Shown here: in pieces, positions 53,422 through 61,980 of the stretch
How positions within the stretch are numbered: position 1 is the first letter of the stretch
Layout of the letters: every line of letters starts with the position of its first letter
From: an uncultured archaeon
GTDB taxonomy: Archaea > Iainarchaeota > Iainarchaeia > Iainarchaeales > VGJJ01
NCBI GenBank assembly: GCA_964524375.1
Contig: CAZGES010000001.1
Span: 1 to 63,696 of the forward strand
Direction of reading: 5' to 3'
DNA length: 63,696 nt
The notes under the pieces: generated by a model
What the model saw: the letters and a program-made list of their open reading frames with translations, nothing else
The model's database searches: none
Told to the model about the DNA's origin: nothing
Made by a program: the position numbers and the translations under genes

Positions 53422-56115
53422 TTATATTTTCATCAGCGCGGCGTCAATTCCATCGGTGCTCACCAACTTGGCCTGCGCGACTTTTTCCGAACCGCCGCCG
53501 CTTCCTTTGGCGTAAGCGAGGATTTGCTGAATCGCATTCTTTGCGTTAAACATGGATGCGGAGCCGCTCATAACAACAACAAACTTCGCGGGAATAGAAA
53601 CCAACACCACGGCAAGAGTGGGGTTTTGATTTACAAGAAGTTGGGCGAGTTTCATTGTGTTCTCTTGCGAATGTTGAACGTGCGCAACGAGCTTGCTTCC
53701 CTTTGCCTGGGTTTTCAATTCCACGGCTTGGCGGGAAAGTTGTTCTTCCATCAATGCTTCGGCCTGCTTGCGCCACATTTTGGCTTCGTCGATGGCATTC
53801 TGCGCGGCCTTCTCCAAGTCTTGTTCGGTGGTGTTGAGTATCTTTGTTACACGGGCAAGCTTCTCTTCGCGCTCCTGCACCCACTTCAGCGCGGGTTGTC
53901 CCGTCGCATATGTGATGCGCTCAATTCCATCCTGAATGCTTTCCACTTTCATCACCTTGAAGAAACCAATCTCTTCGGTATTATTAATGTGGGTGCCGCC
54001 GCAGGCCTGAATGTCGACATTTTCAATTTGGACGAGGCGCAATTTCTTTCCAGGAACGAAGCCCCCTTGATAAATTCGGAAACCGTATTTCTGCTCCGCT
54101 TCCGTTCGGGAAACCGTAAACTTGTGCACGGGAATCTTTTTGCGAACGTGCTCCTCTACAAGCTCTTCAATTTTTTTGATTTCCTCATCCGTAATTTTCT
54201 TGTAGTGCGTCACATCCAAGTGGGCTTTCTCCGGACTCTTCTGTGCACCGGCCTGCCAAATGTGATTGCCTAATACGCGGCGACACATGGCGTTGAGTAA
54301 GTGTGTAGCGGTGTGGTTGTGCATTAAGTTTGCTCTCCGTTCACGTGAAATATATCCTTTCACGGTTTGCCCTTCGCTGAATTGAGACGGGTCCTCGACT
54401 TCGTGCAAAATTCGGTTTTGAATCTTCTGAACATTTTTTACTCCCACATCGTTGAGCGTTCCCGTGTCGAAACTTTGTCCCCCACCTTCGGGATAAAAAA
54501 GGGTTTGGTCGAGAATGACATTGTTCTCCACCACTCCCAACACTTGGGCTTGGAATTCATCCTCGTACAATTTTTCATAGTAAAGCGTTTTCGTTTCGGG
54601 AAATGCTTCCGCTCCCATGGCAAGTTTGGTTTTCTTTTCTTTCTTCTTCTCGTTTTTCACGCTCACTTGCTCGTAAAAGTCAAAGACTTCTTCCACTTGA
54701 ACGCCGTTTTTCTTACCCAAATCCACGGCCATCTCATACGGAATGCCGTGCGATTCGTAGAGTGTAACGAGTTCTTTCTTTTCGAGGGGTTTGTTTTCCT
54801 TCTTCAACTTGTCAATAATCACGCGCATCTTTTTTTGCCCGGTTTCCTGCAACGCGTTAAACTTTTTCTGCTCCTCACGCACGACATCAATGGCGGTTGG
54901 CAAACCCTCCGCGAGGGAATTGTCAAACCCGTGCAACTCTTTCACGTGGTCTTGGAGAATTTTATCGTAATTCAAATTGAATGCAAACTCGGAATTGAAA
55001 CCGAAAACGCGTCGCAGGAGCAAACGCAAATTGTATCCTCCCCCTCCATTCGAGGGGAGCTGGCCGTCCGTGCACGTGTATAAGATGGTTTTCAAATGGT
55101 CTGCCATGGCATAAAGGGCTTGCAGTGAGGCGATGCGCGAGAATAATTCCTTTTCATCCATTTCCAATTGCTTCGCAATCTGCAAGCGTTTCTCTTTCAC
55201 ATTGCCTTCTTCCATATTCAAGAGGCCGGAAAGTTTGGCGTAGCGCGCGAACAAGTCTTCGTCCAAGTGAACACCAGTGTTGCGCTTCATGTTGCGGATG
55301 ACGTTTCCAAATGTGGTTTCGTAACTCGTGGGCGCCCCCGTGGTATACCACGCAAGTCGTTCCAATCCAGCGCCCATATCAATCACTTTCGTCGAGAGTT
55401 CACGTGAACTGCCGTCGTCCATCTCTTGGAATTGCATGAAGACACAGTTTCCTAATTCGATTCCATTAGCATAGTACTCAATGGAAGGGCCGTACGTTCC
55501 GCCGCCCGCCCACACGTCCTCCATGAAAATCAAATCCTCTTTTTTGACGCCGATAATTTGCGTTAAATAATTGTAATCATGTTCCAGTGCTTCATTTTTC
55601 CAATAAAACGTTCCTTTCTCGGGCGTGTTGAACGCGTGCTGTCCAAACATGACAAAACCCGTGTAATGTCTTCCAGTTACTCCAACATTCCCCACATCAT
55701 TGAAGCGCAAACAATGCTGCGGCACGACTAATGGATTGGCTGGCGGTTCCACTTCTCCGGTTACCACGTACGGTTGAAAATCAATGATGGATGCATTCGT
55801 AAAATACAAATCATCACGCCAACGTGACACTACGGGAAATCGTTTGATTTCGGTGTGACCGTGTTTAGTGAAATATTCTGAAATCTTTTTCCACGTTTCA
55901 ATGTAACCATAATTGTGTCCGCGCTGGCCGATGAACGCATACCCGGCACATTCCGAGTCGCCGCAAATATTTCGGTTGGAATCCAAACTCCAAAACCATT
56001 TGTGGCATTTGGAACACTGATGCCGGGTGAACCCTTTGGTGGTGAGGGTGTCGATTTGGTAGTGTTCCTTCCATTCGGCGGTAAAGCGCTTTTTGAGCTC
56101 GACTTTGTCGACCAT
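53422..56115 (-). CDS. alaS: alanyl-tRNA synthetase (archaeal type)
   Basis: Archaeal N-terminus with CSKCHKWFWS..CGDSEC, HNHTATHLL editing motif, C-terminal DHHA1-like domain. ATG at 56115 preferred over the one at 56187. Confidence 0.92.
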   Translation of the reverse strand: MVDKVELKKRFTAEWKEHYQIDTLTTKGFTRHQCSKCHKWFWSLDSNRNICGDSECAGYAFIGQRGHNYGYIETWKKISEYFTKHGHTEIKRFPVVSRWRDDLYFTNASIIDFQPYVVTGEVEPPANPLVVPQHCLRFNDVGNVGVTGRHYTGFVMFGQHAFNTPEKGTFYWKNEALEHDYNYLTQIIGVKKEDLIFMEDVWAGGGTYGPSIEYYANGIELGNCVFMQFQEMDDGSSRELSTKVIDMGAGLERLAWYTTGAPTSYETTFGNVIRNMKRNTGVHLDEDLFARYAKLSGLLNMEEGNVKEKRLQIAKQLEMDEKELFSRIASLQALYAMADHLKTILYTCTDGQLPSNGGGGYNLRLLLRRVFGFNSEFAFNLNYDKILQDHVKELHGFDNSLAEGLPTAIDVVREEQKKFNALQETGQKKMRVIIDKLKKENKPLEKKELVTLYESHGIPYEMAVDLGKKNGVQVEEVFDFYEQVSVKNEKKKEKKTKLAMGAEAFPETKTLYYEKLYEDEFQAQVLGVVENNVILDQTLFYPEGGGQSFDTGTLNDVGVKNVQKIQNRILHEVEDPSQFSEGQTVKGYISRERRANLMHNHTATHLLNAMCRRVLGNHIWQAGAQKSPEKAHLDVTHYKKITDEEIKKIEELVEEHVRKKIPVHKFTVSRTEAEQKYGFRIYQGGFVPGKKLRLVQIENVDIQACGGTHINNTEEIGFFKVMKVESIQDGIERITYATGQPALKWVQEREEKLARVTKILNTTEQDLEKAAQNAIDEAKMWRKQAEALMEEQLSRQAVELKTQAKGSKLVAHVQHSQENTMKLAQLLVNQNPTLAVVLVSIPAKFVVVMSGSASMFNAKNAIQQILAYAKGSGGGSEKVAQAKLVSTDGIDAALMKI

Positions 56116-56185
56116 ACGCGAAAAAGGGAGGGAAAGTGCTATAAAAGGCGGACGTTTGGCATGTGGAGAGGAGGCGATTATTCGC

Positions 56186-56602
56186 ATGATGTTAATGGTC
56201 GATGTAAATTATATTGCCATAGTCGTGGCAGCCATTGCCGCTTTTGCCGCGGGAATGGTGTGGTATTCTCCCATGATAATGGGAAAAAAATACATGAAAG
56301 TCATGGGCAAATCTGAGAAAGACATGAAGAAAGAAATGAAAGGCATGAATGGGGCGATGGTGAAGGGATTCATCATGAATCTGTTAATGGCTTACATTCT
56401 CGCCACCTTGTTTGGCATCACGGGCGTGTACACGCTCATGGATGGGTTGCAGGGCGCGTTCTGGATTTGGCTCGGATTTGTGGCGACCACTTTATACGGT
56501 GCCGTCATCTGGGAAAAGAAATCCATGGATTGGTTCATCATCTCGGCCGGACACTATTTGGTTGCGATGCTCGTGATGGGAATCGTCTTAGTATTAATGT
56601 AA
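56186..56602 (+). CDS. DUF1761-like membrane protein
   Basis: MMLMVDVNYIAIVVAAIAAFAAGMVWYSPMIMGKKYMKVMG and four TM helices. ATG at 56186 preceded by GGAGAGGAGG. Confidence 0.6.
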   Translation: MMLMVDVNYIAIVVAAIAAFAAGMVWYSPMIMGKKYMKVMGKSEKDMKKEMKGMNGAMVKGFIMNLLMAYILATLFGITGVYTLMDGLQGAFWIWLGFVATTLYGAVIWEKKSMDWFIISAGHYLVAMLVMGIVLVLM

Positions 56603-56655
56603 GGAAAATACGTCGTGCCCCTGCGGCACGACTATTTTATTTTTTTTGAAAACAT

Positions 56656-57258
56656 ATGGCTGCTAAAAAAAAGCGTGAAGATGCGCAGTGGAGAACATCC
56701 GGCCTCGCCGGAAACATGGAATCGTTTGAAGAAGCTCCCGCGCACGCGAATGAAATAGAACCTATACGTGGAAACAAGAGAAAACACTCTTTGAGGTTGG
56801 TGCCATTTCAATATTCTCCCGCGTCCGAGAGACGTGAACGCGTGGTTTCAAATGAACCCATTGACATTTCACCCTCGCGCGTGCGTGCGCGCAAAAATGA
56901 TGCGCTAACGCTTTACTCTCCTCGAAACATAGCCGTGGTGCCCCACCATGGATTTGCCAAGCCTCGCGCGGCCCTGCCATCGTCTACTGCGCGCATCGAA
57001 AGCATGGTGCGCAGCGGCCGAGGGCAAGGAAAACCGGCGTGGATGCTCATGCACGAAGCCAAGAATGGGGCTGAACGTGATGCGATTCAAAAATTATTGG
57101 CAAACCCGCCCCGAAAACGCACTGGTTTCCGCGCGCCGGGAAGCGATGTGAACTTGAATGTCCTGCGAAAACGAGCAGATGAAATAATTGAATCACGCAC
57201 CTTTTCGGGGCGTGTTAAAAATTGGCGCCAAAAAGTTCGAAAATTATTGAGGCGATGA
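56656..57258 (+). CDS. basic hypothetical protein (200 aa)
   Basis: Intact ORF, R/K-rich and probably disordered. No family recognised. Confidence 0.45.
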   Translation: MAAKKKREDAQWRTSGLAGNMESFEEAPAHANEIEPIRGNKRKHSLRLVPFQYSPASERRERVVSNEPIDISPSRVRARKNDALTLYSPRNIAVVPHHGFAKPRAALPSSTARIESMVRSGRGQGKPAWMLMHEAKNGAERDAIQKLLANPPRKRTGFRAPGSDVNLNVLRKRADEIIESRTFSGRVKNWRQKVRKLLRR

Positions 57259-57261
57259 AAA

Positions 57262-57321
57262 CAGCCGAGGGATGATTTCATCATCCCTCCATACCGAACG
57301 ACCATATGGATAATTTGGGCA
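57262..57321 (-). repeat. tRNA 3' flank module (TGCCCAAATTATCCA, CATATGGTCGTTCGGTA, hairpin GAGGGATGAT-GAA-ATCATCCCTC, GGCTGTTTT)
   Basis: The 15-mer 57307-57321 is identical to 2746-2760. The 17-mer 57292-57308 is identical to 41141-41157. Hairpin at 57267-57289, also 9 nt after the convergent plus-strand stop. Confidence 0.6.
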
Positions 57322-57405
57322 TGCAGGAGGGCGGGATCGAACCGCCGAAGGCACTAAGCCACTGGAACCTCAATCCAGCCCGGTAGACCGCTGCGGCACT
57401 CCTGC
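57322..57405 (-). tRNA. tRNA-Leu (anticodon GAG)
   Basis: Acceptor GCAGGAG/CTCCTGC, anticodon arm CTGGA-TTGAGGT-TCCAG, long variable arm, T arm GGCGG-TTCGATC-CCGCC, discriminator A. Confidence 0.93.
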
Positions 57406-57435
57406 AAATTTTTGCGAAAAATTTGATTAAAAGCG
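57406..57435 (-). promoter_or_regulatory. promoter module of tRNA-Leu (TTTTAATC box + palindrome AAATTTTT-CGC-AAAAATTT)
   Basis: In tRNA orientation: CGCTTTTAATC-AAATTTTTCGCAAAAATTT-GCAGGAG. The TATA-like box is centred ~24 nt from the tRNA 5' end. Confidence 0.5.
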
Positions 57436-57533
57436 TTAGAGGACCATGAATGGTCCTCAGACTGCCTTCGTTTCGCAACACTATTTTCGGCTGGAAATGG
57501 CATATAAAGAAATCGCCTGCGCGGTGTGTTGGC

Positions 57534-58397
57534 TTATCGTACGCGGGGTTTGGGTTGAAAGTAGCCGTCTTTGAAAATATACCCTTTTCGGGGAGTGGCA
57601 CGGAATTGCATACCTGCTTGTTGGAGTTCTGCAATGAGTGAAAAATACTCGGCAAAAAATGGCTCCACATCACCCACTCCCTCGTTATATTTACTCACCA
57701 TGTCGTCAACTTTATTGAGGAGTTTAATCATTCCCCCCACGCGTGATGTTTCCTTGACAATCGTTGAAATGTCTCCTTCCCGTATGATTCGACCCATGTC
57801 GGTCTGCATGGTTTCTAATAATTTTTTTCCAATGCGCAGGGTGATAAAACCTGTTACCTTTCCTTCAGCTGAAATGGGGATGACGTGAGAGACACGCACG
57901 AACCATTCTGGTCTGTTAGCGTATTTGAGTGCATAATGTAAAAAACTACTAATATCCCAGGGAGAGGGAACGGTTGCTAATCTTCTATCCTCGATGGTGT
58001 TGTTTTCCGTTGTGTGCGTGTGGAGGCGTGAACGCGTTCTTGGCACTAAAAATCCGGGCGTGGCTGAAGCATTATTGCGCCTCATGGCATTTGCAATAAT
58101 TTTTCCGCCTTCTTTCGCTTTTATCCATGTCATTTCATGCGTGCGAATATCGGGCCAGTTTTCAATAACATCATATAATTTTCCACGACTGGTGTCGTGT
58201 GCCGTCATGAAATCGTACCTTTTTGGGTTAACTGGAATGGGTGCGGGTTGTTTGGCAGCGGTTCGACACGCGGCTAAAAATGTGGCAACTAGACCCATTT
58301 TGAGTGCGGTGCGACGAGAAAATGCCGGCGGTTTAATTTGTGGTTTAGCACGCCGTAGAGTGGGTCTGCGTGCACGCCTAAAAATGTTTAATGGCAT
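57534..58397 (-). CDS. exported hypothetical protein with twin-arginine-like signal and lipobox-like Cys
   Basis: PAFSRRTALKMGLVATFLAAC. The mature part contains HTH..(16)..SPWD, loosely JAB-like. Confidence 0.5.
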   Translation of the reverse strand: MPLNIFRRARRPTLRRAKPQIKPPAFSRRTALKMGLVATFLAACRTAAKQPAPIPVNPKRYDFMTAHDTSRGKLYDVIENWPDIRTHEMTWIKAKEGGKIIANAMRRNNASATPGFLVPRTRSRLHTHTTENNTIEDRRLATVPSPWDISSFLHYALKYANRPEWFVRVSHVIPISAEGKVTGFITLRIGKKLLETMQTDMGRIIREGDISTIVKETSRVGGMIKLLNKVDDMVSKYNEGVGDVEPFFAEYFSLIAELQQAGMQFRATPRKGYIFKDGYFQPKPRVR

Positions 58398-58426
58398 CCC
58401 TTATGCACGAATGGAAAGAATATAAT

Positions 58427-58687
58427 GTACGTCGCCGGCCGTAAGCGGCCTTCTGTTTTATCCACATTCGCCTGAGCGTCTACTGAGAGACTTGCACGCT
58501 CCCGGCGGAGACCCGTTTCAATGCCCTGCACGCAACGTCATCTTTTCGAATCATCCTGCGCGTGCACGCAGACCGTGTCTGTGCCTCCGCAGCCGCTTCC
58601 GCAGTTCCGGGAATTTGACGCGTGGGCCGACTTTCCTCAGCGGGGGGAATTGCACCCCCTACCGTCAGTGGACCACCGGCGACGTAC
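58427..58687 (-). ncRNA. rnpB: RNase P RNA (about 261 nt)
   Basis: Minus strand: 12-bp terminal helix GTACGTCGCCGG/CCGGCGACGTAC, CR-I GAGGAAAGTCGGCC (complement of 58629-58638) and CR-V ACAGAAGGCCGCTTAC (complement of 58441-58456), which can form P4. TATA box ~27 nt upstream. Confidence 0.8.
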
Positions 58688-58709
58688 AACGAATAGGGTA
58701 CGAATGTCC

Positions 58710-58718
58710 TTTATTAAG
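58710..58718. promoter_or_regulatory. single quasi-symmetric TATA element (TTTATTAAG) placed for both RNase P RNA and the divergent small ORF
   Basis: Centre at 58714 is 27 nt from the RNase P RNA 5' helix (58687) and 26 nt from the ATG at 58740. Confidence 0.5.
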
Positions 58719-58739
58719 TTCCTTCACATAACGTGGATT

Positions 58740-59006
58740 ATGGGCGTATTTGATTGGTTGAAGAAGAAAAAACCTGAAGAAAAAGCACCGGCTCCTCCTG
58801 CAACGGCGGAAGAAAACCCAACCGTTAGCGTTCCATCGAATACCTCTCCGGAGACCGCGGAAGAAATAGCCGAAAAAGTAATGATTTTGATTCCGTACAT
58901 TAAGCAGTATCGCTCGCAAGGAATGTTGGATGAGGAAATTGTGGCGTTTCTCACGCAGCACGACTGGCCGGAAAGCATTGTGAAACGTGCTGTGAAGAAT
59001 GCGTGA
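58740..59006 (+). CDS. small hypothetical protein (88 aa)
   Basis: MGVFDWLKKKKPEEK.. The track ORF start at 58521 reads through the RNase P RNA gene. The ATG at 58740 fits TATA spacing, and the ATG at 58704 is an alternative. Confidence 0.45.
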   Translation: MGVFDWLKKKKPEEKAPAPPATAEENPTVSVPSNTSPETAEEIAEKVMILIPYIKQYRSQGMLDEEIVAFLTQHDWPESIVKRAVKNA

Positions 59007-59024
59007 TAATTAGGGCGGTATTTA

Positions 59025-59723
59025 TTACTTGCCGAATCTACGTTCGCGCGCATCAAATTCTTTGACTGCAATACTCAAATCTTCGCGCGAGAATTCCGGC
59101 CAAAACTTTTTCATGAAATACAATTCAGAATAAACGCTTTGATACGTGAGAAAGCCTGACAACCGCTGCGTGTAGCCGGTGCGCACAATCATGTCCGGAT
59201 CGGAAAAATTGGAATACAAATAATCCTTGAACGAATTTTCATTAATGGAATTCACATCCACTTTTTTCTCCGCCACATCTTGCGCGATTTTTTTTGCCGC
59301 ATCCACAATTTCCGTGCGGCCGTTGTAACCAATCGCAACATTAATCACGCGCTTCGCATAATCCTGACTTCTTTCCTGAATCAAATCCATTTTTTCTCTC
59401 AAATGCGTGGGAAATTTTTCCAGTCGACCCAAAAATTTAATGGCGAATTCGGAGGATTTGTACACTTCATCTTTCAAAATTTTATCGGCTTCTTTTTCAA
59501 AAATAGAAAATAACACGCTCATTTCCGCACTTGAACGAGTGATGTTTTCCAGGGAAAGGGTGTAGAATGAAGCAACTTTAATCGAAGGATAATCATTCAA
59601 CCATTGCATCACATCCCATGAGCGCTGGGTGCCGAGCTTGTAGGCCTCTGCAATGTTCATATTGGCTTGCGTGGCAAAGCGTCTGTTTCCGTCGGGAATG
59701 AATGCGATGGAGGATAGAGTCAT
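59025..59723 (-). CDS. uppS: cis-prenyltransferase (undecaprenyl/di-trans,poly-cis-polyprenyl diphosphate synthase)
   Basis: IAFIPDGNRRFA, IGYNGRTEIV, DPDMIVRTG..RLSGFL, ERRFG. Confidence 0.88.
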   Translation of the reverse strand: MTLSSIAFIPDGNRRFATQANMNIAEAYKLGTQRSWDVMQWLNDYPSIKVASFYTLSLENITRSSAEMSVLFSIFEKEADKILKDEVYKSSEFAIKFLGRLEKFPTHLREKMDLIQERSQDYAKRVINVAIGYNGRTEIVDAAKKIAQDVAEKKVDVNSINENSFKDYLYSNFSDPDMIVRTGYTQRLSGFLTYQSVYSELYFMKKFWPEFSREDLSIAVKEFDARERRFGK

Positions 59724-59824
59724 AGTCTTTTCACATCAAGGGGGTGTAGGTTAGGTAAGATACCTCCGTTAATATTTAAAGGCCCATCTCGTGAACACGT
59801 ACAACCCTCGCAGGGTGATTAATC

Positions 59825-60166
59825 ATGCCTCGAACGAACGACTCGCAACCGCCTCCCGAGCGGGAATTAACCCCCGCCGAAAAGGAGAAACTTATCCGAG
59901 AACTGAAGGAACGGTTAAAAGAGATTGAAAAGCTGAAACGCGAACTGGGAATGGCTGTGTCTTCCGAGAATGAAAAACCCTCTCCCGAAAAAAAATCATC
60001 TCCTGCGAATGAAACCAACGAGCCCTCTCCCGCGGAGGATGATTCCGCACACCCTGTTTCCGCCGGAAGAGTGGCGGAGGAAGTGGAAGAGCTGCGCGTT
60101 CCCTCCCTTGAGATGCTGGATGATAAACCCTTGAAGAAAAAGAAAATAGGAAATGTTTCACCATGA
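59825..60166 (+). CDS. acidic, low-complexity hypothetical protein (113 aa)
   Basis: Intact ORF whose stop overlaps the next start (ATGA). E/K/P/S-rich. Confidence 0.4.
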   Translation: MPRTNDSQPPPERELTPAEKEKLIRELKERLKEIEKLKRELGMAVSSENEKPSPEKKSSPANETNEPSPAEDDSAHPVSAGRVAEEVEELRVPSLEMLDDKPLKKKKIGNVSP

Positions 60167-60576
60167 CGAGAAAAAAAACAAAAATTCTAAAATCCAAAAA
60201 AATTCTCCAATCCCAAAAAATAATTTCTATTTTGGGGAAAAAAAAGGAGATTCAATTGCTACGCGTCAAACACGCGCGCACATTCTCGGAACGATTCATG
60301 GGCCTCATGGGCGTTTCTCCGCGCGAACACGATTATGCATTACTATTTCACATGCGCGAAGAATCCGCACTCGGGGCGAGCATCCACATGCTATTCATGC
60401 GCATGCCCATTGATGTGATTTGGTTAAACGCCAAAAAAGAAGTGGTTGATTTTCAAACACTGCAACCGTGGATGTGGAATTACACTCCGCGCGCGAAAGC
60501 AAAATACGTCATTGAGTTGCCCGCCCGCACGCTGAATGAAAAAACTCCCTTTGGAATGAGAGTAGACTGGAAATAA
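60163..60576 (+). CDS. DUF192-family protein
   Basis: ARTFSERFMGLMG..., ALLFHM..., MRMPIDVIWLN.., AKYVIELPA match the DUF192 pattern. Confidence 0.65.
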   Translation: MTRKKTKILKSKKILQSQKIISILGKKKEIQLLRVKHARTFSERFMGLMGVSPREHDYALLFHMREESALGASIHMLFMRMPIDVIWLNAKKEVVDFQTLQPWMWNYTPRAKAKYVIELPARTLNEKTPFGMRVDWK

Positions 60577-60608
60577 TGACCTTTTTTTCACCAAAATTTT
60601 CCCTAGGC

Positions 60609-60614
60609 TTTAAA
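60609..60614 (+). promoter_or_regulatory. TATA box (TTTAAA) for the second secretion ATPase
   Basis: Centred ~26 nt upstream of the ATG at 60637. Confidence 0.5.
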
Positions 60615-60636
60615 CCCTTGCGGAAGCGTTCCGCGT

Positions 60637-61980
60637 ATGGCTTCCGTGCTGGGGTGGGGAATCGTTCCCGGAAATTTTTTGTTTCAGGGAGCGTGGAAAC
60701 TGCTTTCAACCGAAGAAAATGAACTCGTGTGCGGGGTGTTAGAACTATTTTACACGCTCCCGCACGAAAAGCAAACCCAAAAAGATTTGGATTTCGCCCT
60801 TGAACAGTATTGCACTTCCCGAAATGTCGCGTTGGAACACGATCAGCGGGAGGATGTGCTTTCTGTTCTGCGTGCGCACGCATTGCACGCGGGACCGCTC
60901 ACCCCGCTCTTGAATTGCCTAGATTTGGAAGAAATAGCCATCACGGGAATTGGACGTGAACAGAGAGTGCGCGTCTACCACGTAAACCAGGGATGGGTGG
61001 AAACACCGCTTTATTTTTCAGACGAAAACGTGCTCATCACGCTGCTCAACCGACTTATTCTCGCGAGCGGAAAACGATTGAGTGCGCACACGCCCATTGT
61101 GAATGCACAACTTTCAAATGGAAGCCGTTTGCACGCGTCCATTTTTCCCGTTTGTCCATCACGCGTTGAGGCGAGCATTCGAAAGTATGTCGTTCGCGCC
61201 GTGCGTCCAAACGATTTGCTCGCGACCAAAATAATTTCTCCGGAAGCACTGGCATATGTGGTGCTCGCCCTCCAATCGGATTGCAATTTGTTAATCGTGG
61301 GAAACACGGGGAGCGGAAAAACTACCACGCTGAATGCATTGCTCGGCAGCCTCCCCACAAACGAGCGAATGATTCTCGTGGAAGAAACGCCCGAGTTGCA
61401 CGTGTCGCACGAGCACGTGGTGCGTCTCACTCCCTCGACGCAGGAAAACACTTCCATGTCGGTGTTGATTCGCGAAACCCTGCGCATGCGTCCGGATAGA
61501 GTGGTGGTGGGTGAGATTCGCTTTCCGGAAGAAGCTCGCGCGTTCATGGAATCCGTTTTAGCGGGGCAGGGAAAAGGAACGTATGGCACGTTCCACGGCC
61601 ACTCCTCTCATGAGGCTCTTTCCCGAATGCGGCAATTTGGCCTCATTGAAAGTGATTTGGGGTGGGTGAATGTTATTCTCGTTCAGCGGCGGTGGAGCGA
61701 ACGTTCAACAAATGGAAAAATGATAGATAGGCGCGCGGTCTGTGAAATCGCGGAATTAGTGCACGAAAAAAATAATGATTCGTGGTCGCTTCGCCCCATT
61801 TTCGAGTGGGATGCGAATGCACACAAACTTGTTTTCAAAAACGAAAGCATGATTGCGCGGGAAAAATTTGAGTGGTGCTTTCCGCGAGAAACGTGGACGA
61901 ATGCCCAGCACGAACTGTTAGAGGGTTGGAAAAATACTCCCCCCAAAATTTCTTCCAGCCGAAAGAAGGGTTTCCCATGA
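60637..61980 (+). CDS. second type IV filament/secretion ATPase (FlaI/TadA/VirB11 superfamily)
   Basis: Walker A GNTGSGKTT, ILVEETPEL, Walker B RPDRVVVGEIR, GKGTYGTFHG. Confidence 0.85.
   Translation: MASVLGWGIVPGNFLFQGAWKLLSTEENELVCGVLELFYTLPHEKQTQKDLDFALEQYCTSRNVALEHDQREDVLSVLRAHALHAGPLTPLLNCLDLEEIAITGIGREQRVRVYHVNQGWVETPLYFSDENVLITLLNRLILASGKRLSAHTPIVNAQLSNGSRLHASIFPVCPSRVEASIRKYVVRAVRPNDLLATKIISPEALAYVVLALQSDCNLLIVGNTGSGKTTTLNALLGSLPTNERMILVEETPELHVSHEHVVRLTPSTQENTSMSVLIRETLRMRPDRVVVGEIRFPEEARAFMESVLAGQGKGTYGTFHGHSSHEALSRMRQFGLIESDLGWVNVILVQRRWSERSTNGKMIDRRAVCEIAELVHEKNNDSWSLRPIFEWDANAHKLVFKNESMIAREKFEWCFPRETWTNAQHELLEGWKNTPPKISSSRKKGFP

Noticed and set aside
53524-55083. Antisense ORFs 53524-54273 and 54367-55083 within alaS
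   Set aside because: The sense strand encodes a full-length AlaRS, and the antisense products have no motifs. The same reasoning applies to 22366-22986 (ispG/JAMM), 4195-4839, 24309-24800, 39389-39817, 61011-61589 and 62054-62635.
57267-57289. C/D-box sRNA in the tRNA-Leu trailer (contains AUGAUGA)
   Set aside because: There is no D box (CUGA) at a suitable distance, and the Ser-UGA paralog of the hairpin has GAUGACA instead.
58480-58731. ORFs 58480-58689(-), 58492-58731(+) and the 5' part of 58521-59006(+)
   Set aside because: They overlap the RNase P RNA gene. They are GC-rich with Arg/Pro/Cys-rich translations typical of structured RNA.
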